Source of the DNA: Shigella phage EP23
DNA: 44,077 nt
Direction: 5' to 3' (one strand)
Sequence record: JN984867
Both the position numbers and the translations under genes were made by a program. Each line of letters begins with the position of its first letter. Within the stretch, counting starts at the first letter, position 1. Shown here in pieces: positions 1 to 9,501 of the stretch. The notes under the pieces are model-generated. The model was not told where the DNA came from and did no database searches. It worked only from the letters and a program-made list of their open reading frames with translations.

Positions 1-55
1 TATAATCCCCCTTAGATGGCAGGGCCGTCTCCTATGTTGCCGATGGTCGGCGCAT

Positions 56-628
56 ATGAACAAAAGGGCTTATATCATGGCAGAAATCAAAGTTAAGGGC
101 CGACGCGCCAAACTGGACGGACGAGTAGCAGTAACCCCGCGCCGTAAACCAGGCGAGCAAACCGAGCACACCAATCTTGGACCTGAAATCGAGTACGGAA
201 AGCGCCGTAAAGGCGGCAAATGCGGACGCCCTACTGACTACAGATCCGTTTACTGCGATCAGCTTCGCCGCTATTTTGCCGACGCCGACGCCTGGCAGGT
301 CAACTACTCCGATAAAGGCGCTGCGCAAGTAATCCCCCGCAACAAAATGCCAACCTTCGGCCGATTTGCCGCTGAAATCGGCGTGGGCGTAGCTTGCCTG
401 TATCGCTGGGCGCGTGCGCATGAGGAGTTTGCCGAGGCGATGGCGGACGCAATGGAGTTGCAGAAAACCTTCCTGATGGAAGCTGGCGGCGTGACCATCG
501 CGGCGGGCTTCGCTACATTCCTGCTTAAAGCAAACCACGGCGTCCGCGACGATGTACCGCTGGATGACGACGAAGATGATAACGGCGACGTAGTTGTCGA
601 ACCTTCCGGCAAAGGCCAGGGTGAATAA
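56..628 (+). CDS. terminase small subunit (putative, HTH-containing)
   Basis: 190-aa ORF directly upstream of and overlapping (ATGA-type junction at 628) the large terminase; basic N-terminus, acidic C-terminal tail; position-based call. Confidence 0.55.
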   Translation: MNKRAYIMAEIKVKGRRAKLDGRVAVTPRRKPGEQTEHTNLGPEIEYGKRRKGGKCGRPTDYRSVYCDQLRRYFADADAWQVNYSDKGAAQVIPRNKMPTFGRFAAEIGVGVACLYRWARAHEEFAEAMADAMELQKTFLMEAGGVTIAAGFATFLLKANHGVRDDVPLDDDEDDNGDVVVEPSGKGQGE

Positions 629-2013
629 TGCGTAACTATGCGGCAGAACACCGCGCCCTTGAACGAGCGATCGCAAAGCGAAACAGACCTCCGCGCCCGA
701 CACGCGTTGCGCAGGCTGTCCGCCTTTACCAGCCTGATTGCTTGCCGCACCAGGTTGAACTACTGCGCGACACAAAGACTAAAATCCTCGGCCTGTGTTC
801 CGGCTTCGGTGGCGGAAAGTCGTGGGTAGCTGCGCGTAAGGTCATCCAGCTTCTGACACTTAACCCTGGTTATGACGGCATCGTGACCGAACCGACTATT
901 CCACTCCTGGTTAAAATCATGTATCCGGAACTGGAGAAGGCATTCGACGAGGCTGGCTTCCGGTGGAAGTTCAATAAGCAGGATAAGATCTACAATGTGC
1001 TGGTGAAAGGCAAATGGACACGCGTTATCTGTGAATCAATGGAGAACTATACCCGCCTGATCGGGGTCAACGCCGCGTGGATTGTTGCCGATGAATTCGA
1101 CACTACGAAGCAAGACGTCGCGCTGGCGGCATATCACAAATTGCTCGGTCGTCTGCGTGCGGGCTTCGTCCGCCAGTTCGTCATCGTGTCAACGCCTGAA
1201 GGCTACCGGGCGATGTACCAAATTTTCGAGGTGGAGAAAGACAACCAGAAACGCTTGATCCGGGCGAAGACCACGGACAACCACCATTTACCGGCAGACT
1301 TTATCGACACGCTCCGTAGTCAGTACCCAGCTAACCTGATCGACGCGTACCTGAACGGCCTGTTTGTTAACCTTACGTCGGGCGCGGTATACAAGATGTT
1401 CAACCGCGAGGAGAACGCCAGCACCGAAGAAGTGAAGCCGGACGACACGCTGATTATCGGTATGGACTTTAACGTCACGAAGATGGCGGCGGTTGTGTAC
1501 GTCAGACGGCAGCGAGTCACCGAGAACAAGGAGTTCCGCGACGAGATTCACGCGGTGGATGAATTTGTGGACCTGTTTGACACCCCGGCTATGATTGAGG
1601 CGATAGAGGAGCGCTACCCCGATCATTGTGCTGCCGGTCGTGTTGTCGTTTACCCGGATAGCAGCGGCAAATCCCGCAAGACGGTCAACGCGTCGTCGTC
1701 CGATATCGCACAACTGGAAGATGCGGGCTTCGAGGTGGAGTATGACAGCGTTAACCCGCCTGTGAAAGACCGATTGATTGCGATGAATACGATGATGTGC
1801 AACTCGAAGGGCGTGCGCCAGTATTTTGTCAACCTGGATAAATGCCCTACACTAGCGAAATGTCTGGAACAGCAGGTTTACGACCTGAAGAAAGGCGAGC
1901 CGGATAAAACCGCCGGGGTGGACCACATGAACGATGCCGCGGGCTACCCTATTGCGCACTTGTTCCCTGTGATTCGTCCGATCGCAGTTGTTCCAACTGT
2001 AGACTTCTACTAA
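628..2013 (+). CDS. terminase large subunit
   Basis: 461 aa; Walker A-like GLCSGFGGGKS near N-terminus, ATPase plus nuclease-sized protein immediately upstream of portal. Confidence 0.85.
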   Translation: MRNYAAEHRALERAIAKRNRPPRPTRVAQAVRLYQPDCLPHQVELLRDTKTKILGLCSGFGGGKSWVAARKVIQLLTLNPGYDGIVTEPTIPLLVKIMYPELEKAFDEAGFRWKFNKQDKIYNVLVKGKWTRVICESMENYTRLIGVNAAWIVADEFDTTKQDVALAAYHKLLGRLRAGFVRQFVIVSTPEGYRAMYQIFEVEKDNQKRLIRAKTTDNHHLPADFIDTLRSQYPANLIDAYLNGLFVNLTSGAVYKMFNREENASTEEVKPDDTLIIGMDFNVTKMAAVVYVRRQRVTENKEFRDEIHAVDEFVDLFDTPAMIEAIEERYPDHCAAGRVVVYPDSSGKSRKTVNASSSDIAQLEDAGFEVEYDSVNPPVKDRLIAMNTMMCNSKGVRQYFVNLDKCPTLAKCLEQQVYDLKKGEPDKTAGVDHMNDAAGYPIAHLFPVIRPIAVVPTVDFY

Positions 2014-2024
2014 GGAAACCGACC

Positions 2025-3545
2025 ATGACCGTTAACGTTGACAACCAGCACCCACTCTATGCGCGCATCGCGCCAGAGTGGAAAATGATTCGCGATTGTG
2101 TAGCAGGGGAGCGCGCCGTGAAGGCGTGCGGACCATTGTATCTGCCACACCCAGCCAGCGGCGACACCACAGACCCGAAATCGCGTGCGCGCTATAAGGC
2201 ATATAAGCAACGCGCTGTCTTCCTGAACGCCACCGCCCGCACACTGAATGCCTTGTTAGGCGTCGCCTTCGCCAAACCGGTGAGTATGGACCTTTCCGGG
2301 GCAATGGCTGACCTGATCGAAGACGTAGACGGCAGCGGGATGCCCCTGGCGCAACTCCTGCGCGGCGCTATGTCGGAAGTGCTGCAATCGGGCCGCGCAG
2401 GCTTTATGGTGGACTATGACCGCCAGGCGCATTTTGACGAACTGGGTAACGTAGTGCCGCAGACAGCCGCTGAAATGGCGGCACACCGCCCGCTTATCCG
2501 CCTGTATACGGCTGAACAGATCATCAACTGGCGGCAGACCCACGGGGTCGACACGCTAATCGTGCTGAAGGAAACGGACGAAATCAGCACCGAAGACCAG
2601 GACGACTTCGCAAACCACGAGGTGACCATCTGGACCGAGCTTCGCATGATTGACGGCAAGGCACACGCCCGCCGCTGGTTTTACAATGCGGACACGTCAG
2701 AAGTGCAAATGGACTTGCCGCGGGGATTCACCCGAACCGACCTTGTTCCACTGGTGGATGCTGACGGTAACGCGCTTACTCAACTGCCATTTTGCTGGTG
2801 TGGTGCTGTGGACAACAACGCGACGCCGGACGCCGCACCGCTGGCGGATATTGCATCCATCAACATTAAGCACTACAACGCCGAAGCAGACGTCGCCGAG
2901 ATTGCGCACATTGTGGGCCAACCTACACTTATTGCGACCGGTCTTACCCAATCATGGGCTGATAAAAACCTGAAGGGTGGCATCGCACTAGGCGCGACTA
3001 AGGGCGTTATCCTGGGCCAGAACATGGACGCTAAACTGCTTCAGGCTGAGGAGAGAAACCTGTCAGTTGCGCTGTGTGAGCGACGCGAATTGCAAATGGC
3101 TAAACTGGGCGCGGCCCTGGTCGAGAAGGGGACCGCACCTAAGACGGCAACTGAAGCGGCCTACGATGCGCAGACTGATAACAGTATCCTGTCACTGATT
3201 GCCGGTAACGTTGAGAAGGCATTCAACCGTGCGCTGCAAATCGTCAAACTGTTCACTGGCGACACCGCAGATCAACGCGTAACGCTGAATAAGTTCTACA
3301 CCGAAATCACGGTTGACGCACAGCTTATGACCGCGATGATGGCTGGTGTGCAGACCGGTACGGTCCGTCTGGCGGACTTTATCAAGTGGATGATGGCCCA
3401 GGGCGTCATTGATGACTCGCAAACCGTTGAGCAGGTGGAAGACGAATTGCGAAATCAGAATCCATTGCCTCAAATGTCCCCGGATGCGGTAGAATCTACC
3501 GAAGAAGACCCGGACAAGGTAGCGGACAATGGCGAAGACAATTAA
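2025..3545 (+). CDS. portal protein
   Basis: 506 aa ORF following terminase, acidic C-terminal tail, typical size and position. Confidence 0.8.
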   Translation: MTVNVDNQHPLYARIAPEWKMIRDCVAGERAVKACGPLYLPHPASGDTTDPKSRARYKAYKQRAVFLNATARTLNALLGVAFAKPVSMDLSGAMADLIEDVDGSGMPLAQLLRGAMSEVLQSGRAGFMVDYDRQAHFDELGNVVPQTAAEMAAHRPLIRLYTAEQIINWRQTHGVDTLIVLKETDEISTEDQDDFANHEVTIWTELRMIDGKAHARRWFYNADTSEVQMDLPRGFTRTDLVPLVDADGNALTQLPFCWCGAVDNNATPDAAPLADIASINIKHYNAEADVAEIAHIVGQPTLIATGLTQSWADKNLKGGIALGATKGVILGQNMDAKLLQAEERNLSVALCERRELQMAKLGAALVEKGTAPKTATEAAYDAQTDNSILSLIAGNVEKAFNRALQIVKLFTGDTADQRVTLNKFYTEITVDAQLMTAMMAGVQTGTVRLADFIKWMMAQGVIDDSQTVEQVEDELRNQNPLPQMSPDAVESTEEDPDKVADNGEDN

Positions 3546-4632
3546 TCAATATATGGCGGATCGAATGATTCGCCGTCACATATTCACCCAGCGCCTGAGC
3601 AATGACCAGGCGCGGAGGGTGCTGGCTATGTGGGAGAAGTTCCGTCCCTCGTTACTTGGTAAGCTGACCGAGTTACTTGATGGCAAAAAATCCATGAATA
3701 ACAAGGCACTATCCACGCTGTTAACGCAACTCGACAAGACAGTTAAAGCAGAATTGCGCACCGAGTTTAAGGCGTTGGCTGAAAGCCTTCAGGAGTTTGC
3801 CGACACGGAGGCCGATTATCTCGCCGACACATTAACGGCAGCGATCCAGCCGGTGGTCGCTGTACCTGCGATCGAGGTGGTTGGCGTAGTGACCGGTGCG
3901 CAGATCGCAGCGACTGCGATGAAAAACCCGTTCCAGGGAAATACCATGATGCAATGGCCCGATTCATTGTCTGAGTGGACCAGGACGCAGATCGGGAATC
4001 AGGTGCGCGCTGGATTCATCCAGGGTAAGCCGACTATGGAAATTATAGCGGACGTGAGGCGCGCGCTCGGCGGTCGTAGTGCGCAAGCTATCTCAAGCGT
4101 TGTTAAGTCCGCAGTCAACCACTATGCGGCGACAGCCCGCGAATTAATGGTAAAAGCTAATGACGATATTCTCGAAGGTCGCCAATGGTTATCTACATTG
4201 GACACGCATACTTCTCCCATGTGCCAGCTACGCGATCGCCTGTTTTATCCGGTTGATGTTACTCCCGACACCAAAGGAAAGCGCGGCGGGAAAATGGTGG
4301 CTGGGTCACAATATGGCGCTGGTCCGGGAAAGTTGCATTATTGTTGCCGGTCGACGGAGACGTGGAAGGTTAAAGGCATGGAAGATTGGCCCAGTGGTAA
4401 GCGTCCGGCACTGAAGGCTGACGCGGGTCGATTGCTGAGTGAGCAGGTCGACGCGCAGACTGATTTCTTCTCATGGGTGCAGCGCCAGCCGCGCCATATC
4501 CTGGAAGAATTATACGGAGTGCAACGCGCCGACCAGATTATGCGCGGCGTGAAAGTGCCGAAGATGTTCACCGATTCAGGCGAACTAATGACTATTGCGC
4601 AGCTTAAAAACCGGGGGTTATGGCGTGATTAA
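3529..4632 (+). CDS. head morphogenesis / minor head protein (Mu gpF / SPP1 gp7-like)
   Basis: 367 aa ORF overlapping portal 3' end; conserved order terminase-portal-F-like. Confidence 0.7.
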   Translation: MAKTINQYMADRMIRRHIFTQRLSNDQARRVLAMWEKFRPSLLGKLTELLDGKKSMNNKALSTLLTQLDKTVKAELRTEFKALAESLQEFADTEADYLADTLTAAIQPVVAVPAIEVVGVVTGAQIAATAMKNPFQGNTMMQWPDSLSEWTRTQIGNQVRAGFIQGKPTMEIIADVRRALGGRSAQAISSVVKSAVNHYAATARELMVKANDDILEGRQWLSTLDTHTSPMCQLRDRLFYPVDVTPDTKGKRGGKMVAGSQYGAGPGKLHYCCRSTETWKVKGMEDWPSGKRPALKADAGRLLSEQVDAQTDFFSWVQRQPRHILEELYGVQRADQIMRGVKVPKMFTDSGELMTIAQLKNRGLWRD

Positions 4633-4954
4633 ATATGCAGCGATTGGACTGGGTGTCGGTCTGGCGGTAGGATTCTGGCTAGGTGACTCCTATCGCGCTG
4701 GCGTAGTGGCGGAGGCGGCGCAAGAAGCGCAAGCCCAAGCCCAACGGCAGCAAACTAAAGTTGTTGAGCGCTCCGTGCAGGCCGAACAGGCCCGCGACGT
4801 AGAATACCGGACTATCACGAAAGAGGTTGTTAAATATGTTACGCGCCCTAACCGCCCTGATTGTAGTTTTGATGCTGAGCGCGTGCGGATCAAGCAACGT
4901 GCCGTTGATGCCGCTAACGGAGTCGGCGCTGCGACCGCCGTGCAAGTTCGATAG
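4625..4954 (+). CDS. Rz: i-spanin (Rz-like): N-terminal TM helix plus periplasmic coiled coil
   Basis: In-frame GTG at 4625 preceded by GGGGG RBS; IKYAAIGLGVGLAVGFWLG TM segment then Q/A/E-rich helix; overlaps the Rz1-like ORF out of frame. Confidence 0.6.
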   Translation: MIKYAAIGLGVGLAVGFWLGDSYRAGVVAEAAQEAQAQAQRQQTKVVERSVQAEQARDVEYRTITKEVVKYVTRPNRPDCSFDAERVRIKQRAVDAANGVGAATAVQVR

Positions 4955-5066
4955 CCCGTCCGCAGACCCCGACGAGGATTTGATGATTGACGTGAAAAAT
5001 ATGGAATGCGGGGCGAAGCTGAGGGCGCAGGTCCTGGAGTTGCAGCAAATAATTAAGGGGCCGTAA
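4836..5066 (+). CDS. Rz1: o-spanin (Rz1-like outer-membrane lipoprotein)
   Basis: ATG at 4836 after AAGAGG RBS; signal peptide MLRALTALIVVLMLSAC with lipobox L-S-A-C, Pro-rich mature part; begins inside the Rz-like ORF in another frame. Confidence 0.65.
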   Translation: MLRALTALIVVLMLSACGSSNVPLMPLTESALRPPCKFDSPSADPDEDLMIDVKNMECGAKLRAQVLELQQIIKGP

Positions 5067-5077
5067 TGGCCCCTTTT
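5057..5077 (+). terminator. rho-independent terminator after spanin genes
   Basis: GGGGCC-gtaat-GGCCCC hairpin followed by TTTT; Rz1 stop codon lies in the loop. Confidence 0.6.
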
Positions 5078-5079
5078 CG

Positions 5080-5844
5080 TCAGCGCGGAATACCGCAAAT
5101 CTCGTTGAGAGTTTTCACATCCAGCGCCACCGCCGTGGATTTTGGCTTGTCCGGGTATGGTATGAATTGCTCAACTTCAGGCCATGCCTTAATCAGCTTC
5201 TTGTCAGTATTGTGCAGGTCCAGCACACCGGTAACGGTGAGTTTGAACGCATCATACTTCGCGCGTAACTCGCGACGGGCTTTGTCGTTGCGGTCCAGGC
5301 GTTTACAGAAATCATGATCTGCCGGGTAGTCTACGCGACCGCGTGGAAGATATATCGGCAGCGCTTTCCCGTCCTCGTCCACTTCGCACACTGACGCGAG
5401 CATAACCGTCTCGAACCCCGGAACGATATCGCCGAGATCAGGCGCGAGCATATTCATATATTTCTCTTCCCAGTACCCGCGATGTACGCGGTATTGGCGA
5501 CCGTCACCGCTCAAGGACAAGGTGCGAACATTTCCGCCTGCGTTGATTTCGAAAGTGGCGTCGTAAACGCTGCCGATACCCTTCGGACGGTCGGTGTTAT
5601 AACTATACGTCGCCTTGTTGGTGTATACGCTGACGCCGTACATCTGCGACTGGTCATCGAGGATTAACAGGATATGCTCGCGTAGCGCGGCGAATGTGCG
5701 AATGCCGTCCGGCATACAGTCCAGCGTGATTGCGTACGCCAGATCGCGGGAGTCCATCATGATTGATTTGGCTTCGGTTGCGATTTCGTGGTCGCGCAGG
5801 ATGTTAGCCAGGATCTGATTTTTAATGTCTTTCGTCAGTCTCAT
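5080..5844 (-). CDS. hypothetical protein (reverse-strand accessory gene inside structural module)
   Basis: 254 aa ORF, GAGGA RBS before ATG at 5844; no motif recognised. Confidence 0.5.
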   Translation of the reverse strand: MRLTKDIKNQILANILRDHEIATEAKSIMMDSRDLAYAITLDCMPDGIRTFAALREHILLILDDQSQMYGVSVYTNKATYSYNTDRPKGIGSVYDATFEINAGGNVRTLSLSGDGRQYRVHRGYWEEKYMNMLAPDLGDIVPGFETVMLASVCEVDEDGKALPIYLPRGRVDYPADHDFCKRLDRNDKARRELRAKYDAFKLTVTGVLDLHNTDKKLIKAWPEVEQFIPYPDKPKSTAVALDVKTLNEICGIPR

Positions 5845-5925
5845 TTTTGTGTCCTCGTTGTTGGGGCTTTCGCCCCGTTTGGTTTAGTTGAATTTGATGC
5901 CGCCACCAACAGGCCGCTTTGTTCG

Positions 5926-6438
5926 CTACAAACGCATCGGCATGATAACAAGGAAGGCCCCACCTTTGAACGACACACGTGTCGCCTTGTCGACCCCCCG
6001 GAATTCCAGTTTTAAGCTATCAAACTTACGGTCGAACAATTTAGCAATTTTGAAGGCGTCGGATAGGTATGCCCCATTAAACCCGATAGCCTCCACTTTA
6101 GCGCTGGCGAAAGACGAAACTCTACGCCAGTCTGGGAATCGTCCGTCTATGTTCTCTACGGGCAGGGTCCCTATTAATACGTCTTTACTATCAAAGAACG
6201 CTGCGGAGGTGTCGTCAATGTTGCAGTATTCGAATTTAGCAGGTAAGCGGCCTTTAATTGATACTATTTTACTTTCACCTTCGGGAACAACCGCGGACCC
6301 TAAGAACAAACGATGTCCGTCGGAGGCCACAATGAAGCCTTTCTCGTCGAAAAATACACCATTCAGATAGTATCGCACGTCATTAGTTGCGGCGCACATC
6401 ATAGCGGCTTTAAGATCGGCATAGTTAACTTTAATCAT
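5926..6438 (-). CDS. beta sliding clamp (DnaN)-like protein, half-size (about 170 aa)
   Basis: Motifs VRYYLNGVFF, IVASDGHRLF, DGRFPDWRRV, IGFNGAYLSDAF and C-terminal VIMPMRL parallel DnaN domain II-III landmarks (from memory of E. coli DnaN); start taken as second ATG after GAGGA RBS (track ORF extends to 6492). Confidence 0.6.
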   Translation of the reverse strand: MIKVNYADLKAAMMCAATNDVRYYLNGVFFDEKGFIVASDGHRLFLGSAVVPEGESKIVSIKGRLPAKFEYCNIDDTSAAFFDSKDVLIGTLPVENIDGRFPDWRRVSSFASAKVEAIGFNGAYLSDAFKIAKLFDRKFDSLKLEFRGVDKATRVSFKGGAFLVIMPMRL

Positions 6439-6462
6439 TATCATTTCCTCGTTGTTGGTGTG

Positions 6463-6532
6463 CAACCAATATAATGCAACCAACATCTGCAATGCAAGCG
6501 AATTTTGCGATTATTTTTATCGCTGATAATAT
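6463..6532. promoter_or_regulatory. divergent promoter region: leftward TTGCAT-N18-TATATT (clamp-like gene) and rightward TTGCGA-N16-TAATAT (scaffold gene), with two TGCAACCAA motifs
   Basis: Hexamers read directly; shares an extended block (TGCAAG-C/T-GAATTTTGC) with the 24.9 kb promoter. Confidence 0.5.
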
Positions 6533-6586
6533 TAAGGCGTGAAGTCAAGCGGGTGGCCCGCTTTGCCACAATCCCAGGGGGATAGC

Positions 6587-7291
6587 ATGAAACTTACTAA
6601 AGCAGAATATGACGCGTTGCCAGAAGGCATGAAGGCTTTATTTGTTGCCGATGGCGATGGGTATAAATCCACGTTCATGACCGCCGAAGAAGTACAGGCG
6701 GAGATCAAGGGTCTGAAAGACAACAACGCGAAGCTGGTTAGCGAGAAGAAAGCAGAAGCCGAACGTCGCGCCGAAGCCGAGCGCCTTGCGAAAGAGAAAG
6801 AGGAAGCCGCCGCGCGCAAAAATGGTGACCTCGAAGCAATCGACAAATCCTGGAAAGATAAGTTCGCAAAACATGAAGCGGACACATCGGGGAAAATCGA
6901 AGCCTACCGCAAGCAGATCCACGACCTGACCATCGGCAGCGCCGCCAAAGATCTGGCGTCGAAGCTGTTCGGTAAGAACGCCGGAATCATGCAACGTCAC
7001 GTTATGGACCGCCTGACGCTGGAAGACGGCGAAGACGGCAGCTTGAAAGTGCGGGTCTTGCAGGATGGCAAACCGTCCGCGCTGACTATGGAAGAGCTTG
7101 AAAAAGAGTTCCGTAATAACGCCGATTTTGCATCCGTCCTGGCTGGCACGCCAGCAGGCGGCGCTCCTAGCAAACCGACGCAGGTTGTCGAAGATGTGAA
7201 GTCAAAAATCACTATGGGCCACAGCTTCGGTATCACTGACTTAACGAAACAGGCAGGGGATATCATCGCTAAAATGGGCGACGACGAGTAA
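6587..7291 (+). CDS. scaffolding-like protein (coiled-coil, charged)
   Basis: ATG at 6587 after GGGGGA RBS; K/E/A-rich helical sequence immediately upstream of major capsid gene. Confidence 0.5.
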   Translation: MKLTKAEYDALPEGMKALFVADGDGYKSTFMTAEEVQAEIKGLKDNNAKLVSEKKAEAERRAEAERLAKEKEEAAARKNGDLEAIDKSWKDKFAKHEADTSGKIEAYRKQIHDLTIGSAAKDLASKLFGKNAGIMQRHVMDRLTLEDGEDGSLKVRVLQDGKPSALTMEELEKEFRNNADFASVLAGTPAGGAPSKPTQVVEDVKSKITMGHSFGITDLTKQAGDIIAKMGDDE

Positions 7292-7388
7292 GCAGATCGC
7301 CCGCGAAAGCGGGCGATTTTGCGAGCGCGTAAATCTAAGGTAACATTAACGACACTGAGCGAATGCTCACAACTCAAAGGATTCTAAT

Positions 7389-8483
7389 ATGTCTTTAACA
7401 GTGTTCCAGCGTAAACTCGTCACCGCGGTTACGCAAATGATTCCCGATAACCTGAACGTGTTCAACGCTGCCGCTAACGGTGCTGTTGTTCTCGGCACGG
7501 GTGAAGTTCTGAAGGACGTTGTAGAAAAAATGTCCGTAGGCTTGATCGCCAACCTCGTTACCGACCGTAACGCCTACGCCCCTGTCGGTACTCCGGCGAC
7601 CGCAAAAGTGCTGGCGCGTATGCTGACCAACTCGGTTAACCTGTCCGCGAAAGTGGGTCCGGTGGCAATCACTAAGGCCATGATGGCTAAGATCGAAACC
7701 AACGTTAATAGCGTTGCGGCTGAGATTGCGGCACAGGCTACTCAAGCGATTATGCTGCATTACCTCAAAGCGGGTATCGGTGCGGGCAAAGCCGCTATTG
7801 AAAGCAACGCAGCGGCAAACTACACCCAACCTGCGCGCGTTGACGGCGTTGGCGGTCGTACCTTCCCGACCCTGGCAGACTTCCCGCTGGCGGCTTCTAA
7901 GTTCGGCGATCAGGCTGCTTTGATTAAGTCCTGGTTTATGGACGGCGTTACCTGGGCAAACTTCATCGCTTACCAGGCGCTTCCATCTGCCGAGCAGGTA
8001 TTCGCGATCGGCGATCTGCAGGTAATGGGCGATGGCCTGGGCCGCCGTTTCATTATCTCCGATGCCGCTGCCGATGCAATGGGCGCGGGTAAAATGCTGG
8101 GTCTGGTCCCTGGCGCGGTTGCAGTTACCACCAACGGCCTAGATATGCTGGCGCAGGAAAAAGGCGGTAACGAGAACATTGAGCGCTGGTGGCAGGGCGA
8201 GTTCGACTTCAACGTGGCTGTTAAAGGCTATCGTCTGAAGGCGTCCGCTCGTACTCCGGTCGAAGGCGTTCGCTCGTTCAAGCTGTCCGATATCACCGAT
8301 AAGGCCAACTGGGAACTGGACCAGGGCCAGGTAGACAACGCACCGGCAACCGTGCAGGATGTTGGCAGCGATAGCGATACCAAAGGCCGCCGCCGTACGC
8401 AGACAGCGCAGGCAGTGCCTACCCGTAACATCAAGGAAACCGCGGGCGTACTGGTTACGCTGACTGCTACCACCGCGTCGTAA
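7389..8483 (+). CDS. major capsid protein
   Basis: 364 aa, A/G/V-rich, follows scaffold-like gene and is followed by a strong terminator; HK97-fold capsid size range. Confidence 0.75.
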   Translation: MSLTVFQRKLVTAVTQMIPDNLNVFNAAANGAVVLGTGEVLKDVVEKMSVGLIANLVTDRNAYAPVGTPATAKVLARMLTNSVNLSAKVGPVAITKAMMAKIETNVNSVAAEIAAQATQAIMLHYLKAGIGAGKAAIESNAAANYTQPARVDGVGGRTFPTLADFPLAASKFGDQAALIKSWFMDGVTWANFIAYQALPSAEQVFAIGDLQVMGDGLGRRFIISDAAADAMGAGKMLGLVPGAVAVTTNGLDMLAQEKGGNENIERWWQGEFDFNVAVKGYRLKASARTPVEGVRSFKLSDITDKANWELDQGQVDNAPATVQDVGSDSDTKGRRRTQTAQAVPTRNIKETAGVLVTLTATTAS

Positions 8484-8502
8484 CAGGCGCACATCCCAAA
8501 TG

Positions 8503-8527
8503 GGCGGGCTTATGCCCGCCTTTTTTA
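8503..8527 (+). terminator. rho-independent terminator after major capsid gene
   Basis: GGGCGGGC-ttat-GCCCGCC hairpin followed by TTTTTT. Confidence 0.7.
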
Positions 8528-8541
8528 TAGGAGTGAATACA

Positions 8542-9042
8542 ATGTATGGCGACCCGCAAACCTTTGTTGATTATGCCGCAACGCGAGGCGTTGAAGTCAC
8601 GCTGGGCGATGCAACGCGACACCTCACCGTCGTTAATGACTTCCTTAACGGCATCAACTGGATCGGCGAACCCGCAGACCAGACCGGCATCGACGCATGG
8701 CCCCGCCTTAATTACCAGTCGGACGGTAAGCCGGTGCGAGACACGCTCACTGAAGTTTTGGCAGTAGTGCCTGCAGGGCAAATCGTAGACTTCGCATCAA
8801 TCCCCGTTGCCGTTGAGCAAGCCGTTTACAGGTTGGCGATGTTGGTGGCGGACGAGGTTGATATTTCTCCTGTGGGTAGCGGTAAGGAGACTATCCGCGA
8901 AACTGTTGGCCCGATCACGATGGAATATGACCCCGCGACGATTGGTAGCGGTGTCTCGTTCCCGTGGTGGGATGGCTTGCTGGGCCACTGGATTGATTCA
9001 GACGGCAACGCAGCGGGTAATTTTGACGTATTCCGGGGGTGA
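8542..9042 (+). CDS. head-tail connector / adaptor-like protein (putative)
   Basis: ATG at 8542 after AGGAG RBS; position between capsid and tail genes; no specific motif. Confidence 0.4.
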   Translation: MYGDPQTFVDYAATRGVEVTLGDATRHLTVVNDFLNGINWIGEPADQTGIDAWPRLNYQSDGKPVRDTLTEVLAVVPAGQIVDFASIPVAVEQAVYRLAMLVADEVDISPVGSGKETIRETVGPITMEYDPATIGSGVSFPWWDGLLGHWIDSDGNAAGNFDVFRG

Positions 9043-9043
9043 T

Positions 9044-9160
9044 ATGAATCCTGCATTACTGGCGGCTATTATCGCCGCAAATACTAAACGCCAACCAGAA
9101 CCGGAACCAGCGCCAGAACCGGAACCACCGGTACAGGAGGATGATAATGGCGGGCTTTAA
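9044..9160 (+). CDS. small protein with PEPEPAPEPEPP repeat (38 aa)
   Basis: ATG 9044 after GGGGG; short direct nucleotide repeat ccagaaccggaacca x2; below track size cut-off. Confidence 0.3.
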   Translation: MNPALLAAIIAANTKRQPEPEPAPEPEPPVQEDDNGGL

Positions 9161-9500
9161 TTACTCGGGCTTAAAGCGGAAAGTTAATCCGTTGATTAAA
9201 AAGTTTGGCATGACGGCTACGGTGACGCGCCCCGGTACAGTCGACCGCGTAGACGGCGACGAAGTGGTCATCCCTCCGACCTCGTTTAACGTCATCGGAC
9301 TTCGCGAGGAGTACAAGCCAAGCGAGATCGACGGGACGCGTATCGTTGCCGGGGATGTGAAGTTTTTGTGTCAGGCCGTCAAGCAGGTGAAGGTCGGGGA
9401 TTTGGTTAGCCTGAACAATACAGACTACAGGGTTATCAATCCCAACCCCCTGCAACCGGCGGGCCAGACCATGCTGTTTCAACTACAGCTAAGGGGCTAA
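9147..9500 (+). CDS. head-tail joining / head closure protein (putative)
   Basis: 117 aa ORF, CAGGAGG RBS 6 nt upstream; position. Confidence 0.4.
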   Translation: MAGFNYSGLKRKVNPLIKKFGMTATVTRPGTVDRVDGDEVVIPPTSFNVIGLREEYKPSEIDGTRIVAGDVKFLCQAVKQVKVGDLVSLNNTDYRVINPNPLQPAGQTMLFQLQLRG

Positions 9501-9501
9501 C

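Noticed and set aside
6539-6586. Upstream part of the scaffold-like ORF (track start at 6539)
   Set aside because: The first codons precede the promoter -10 element and lack an RBS; ATG at 6587 with GGGGGA RBS is the more plausible start
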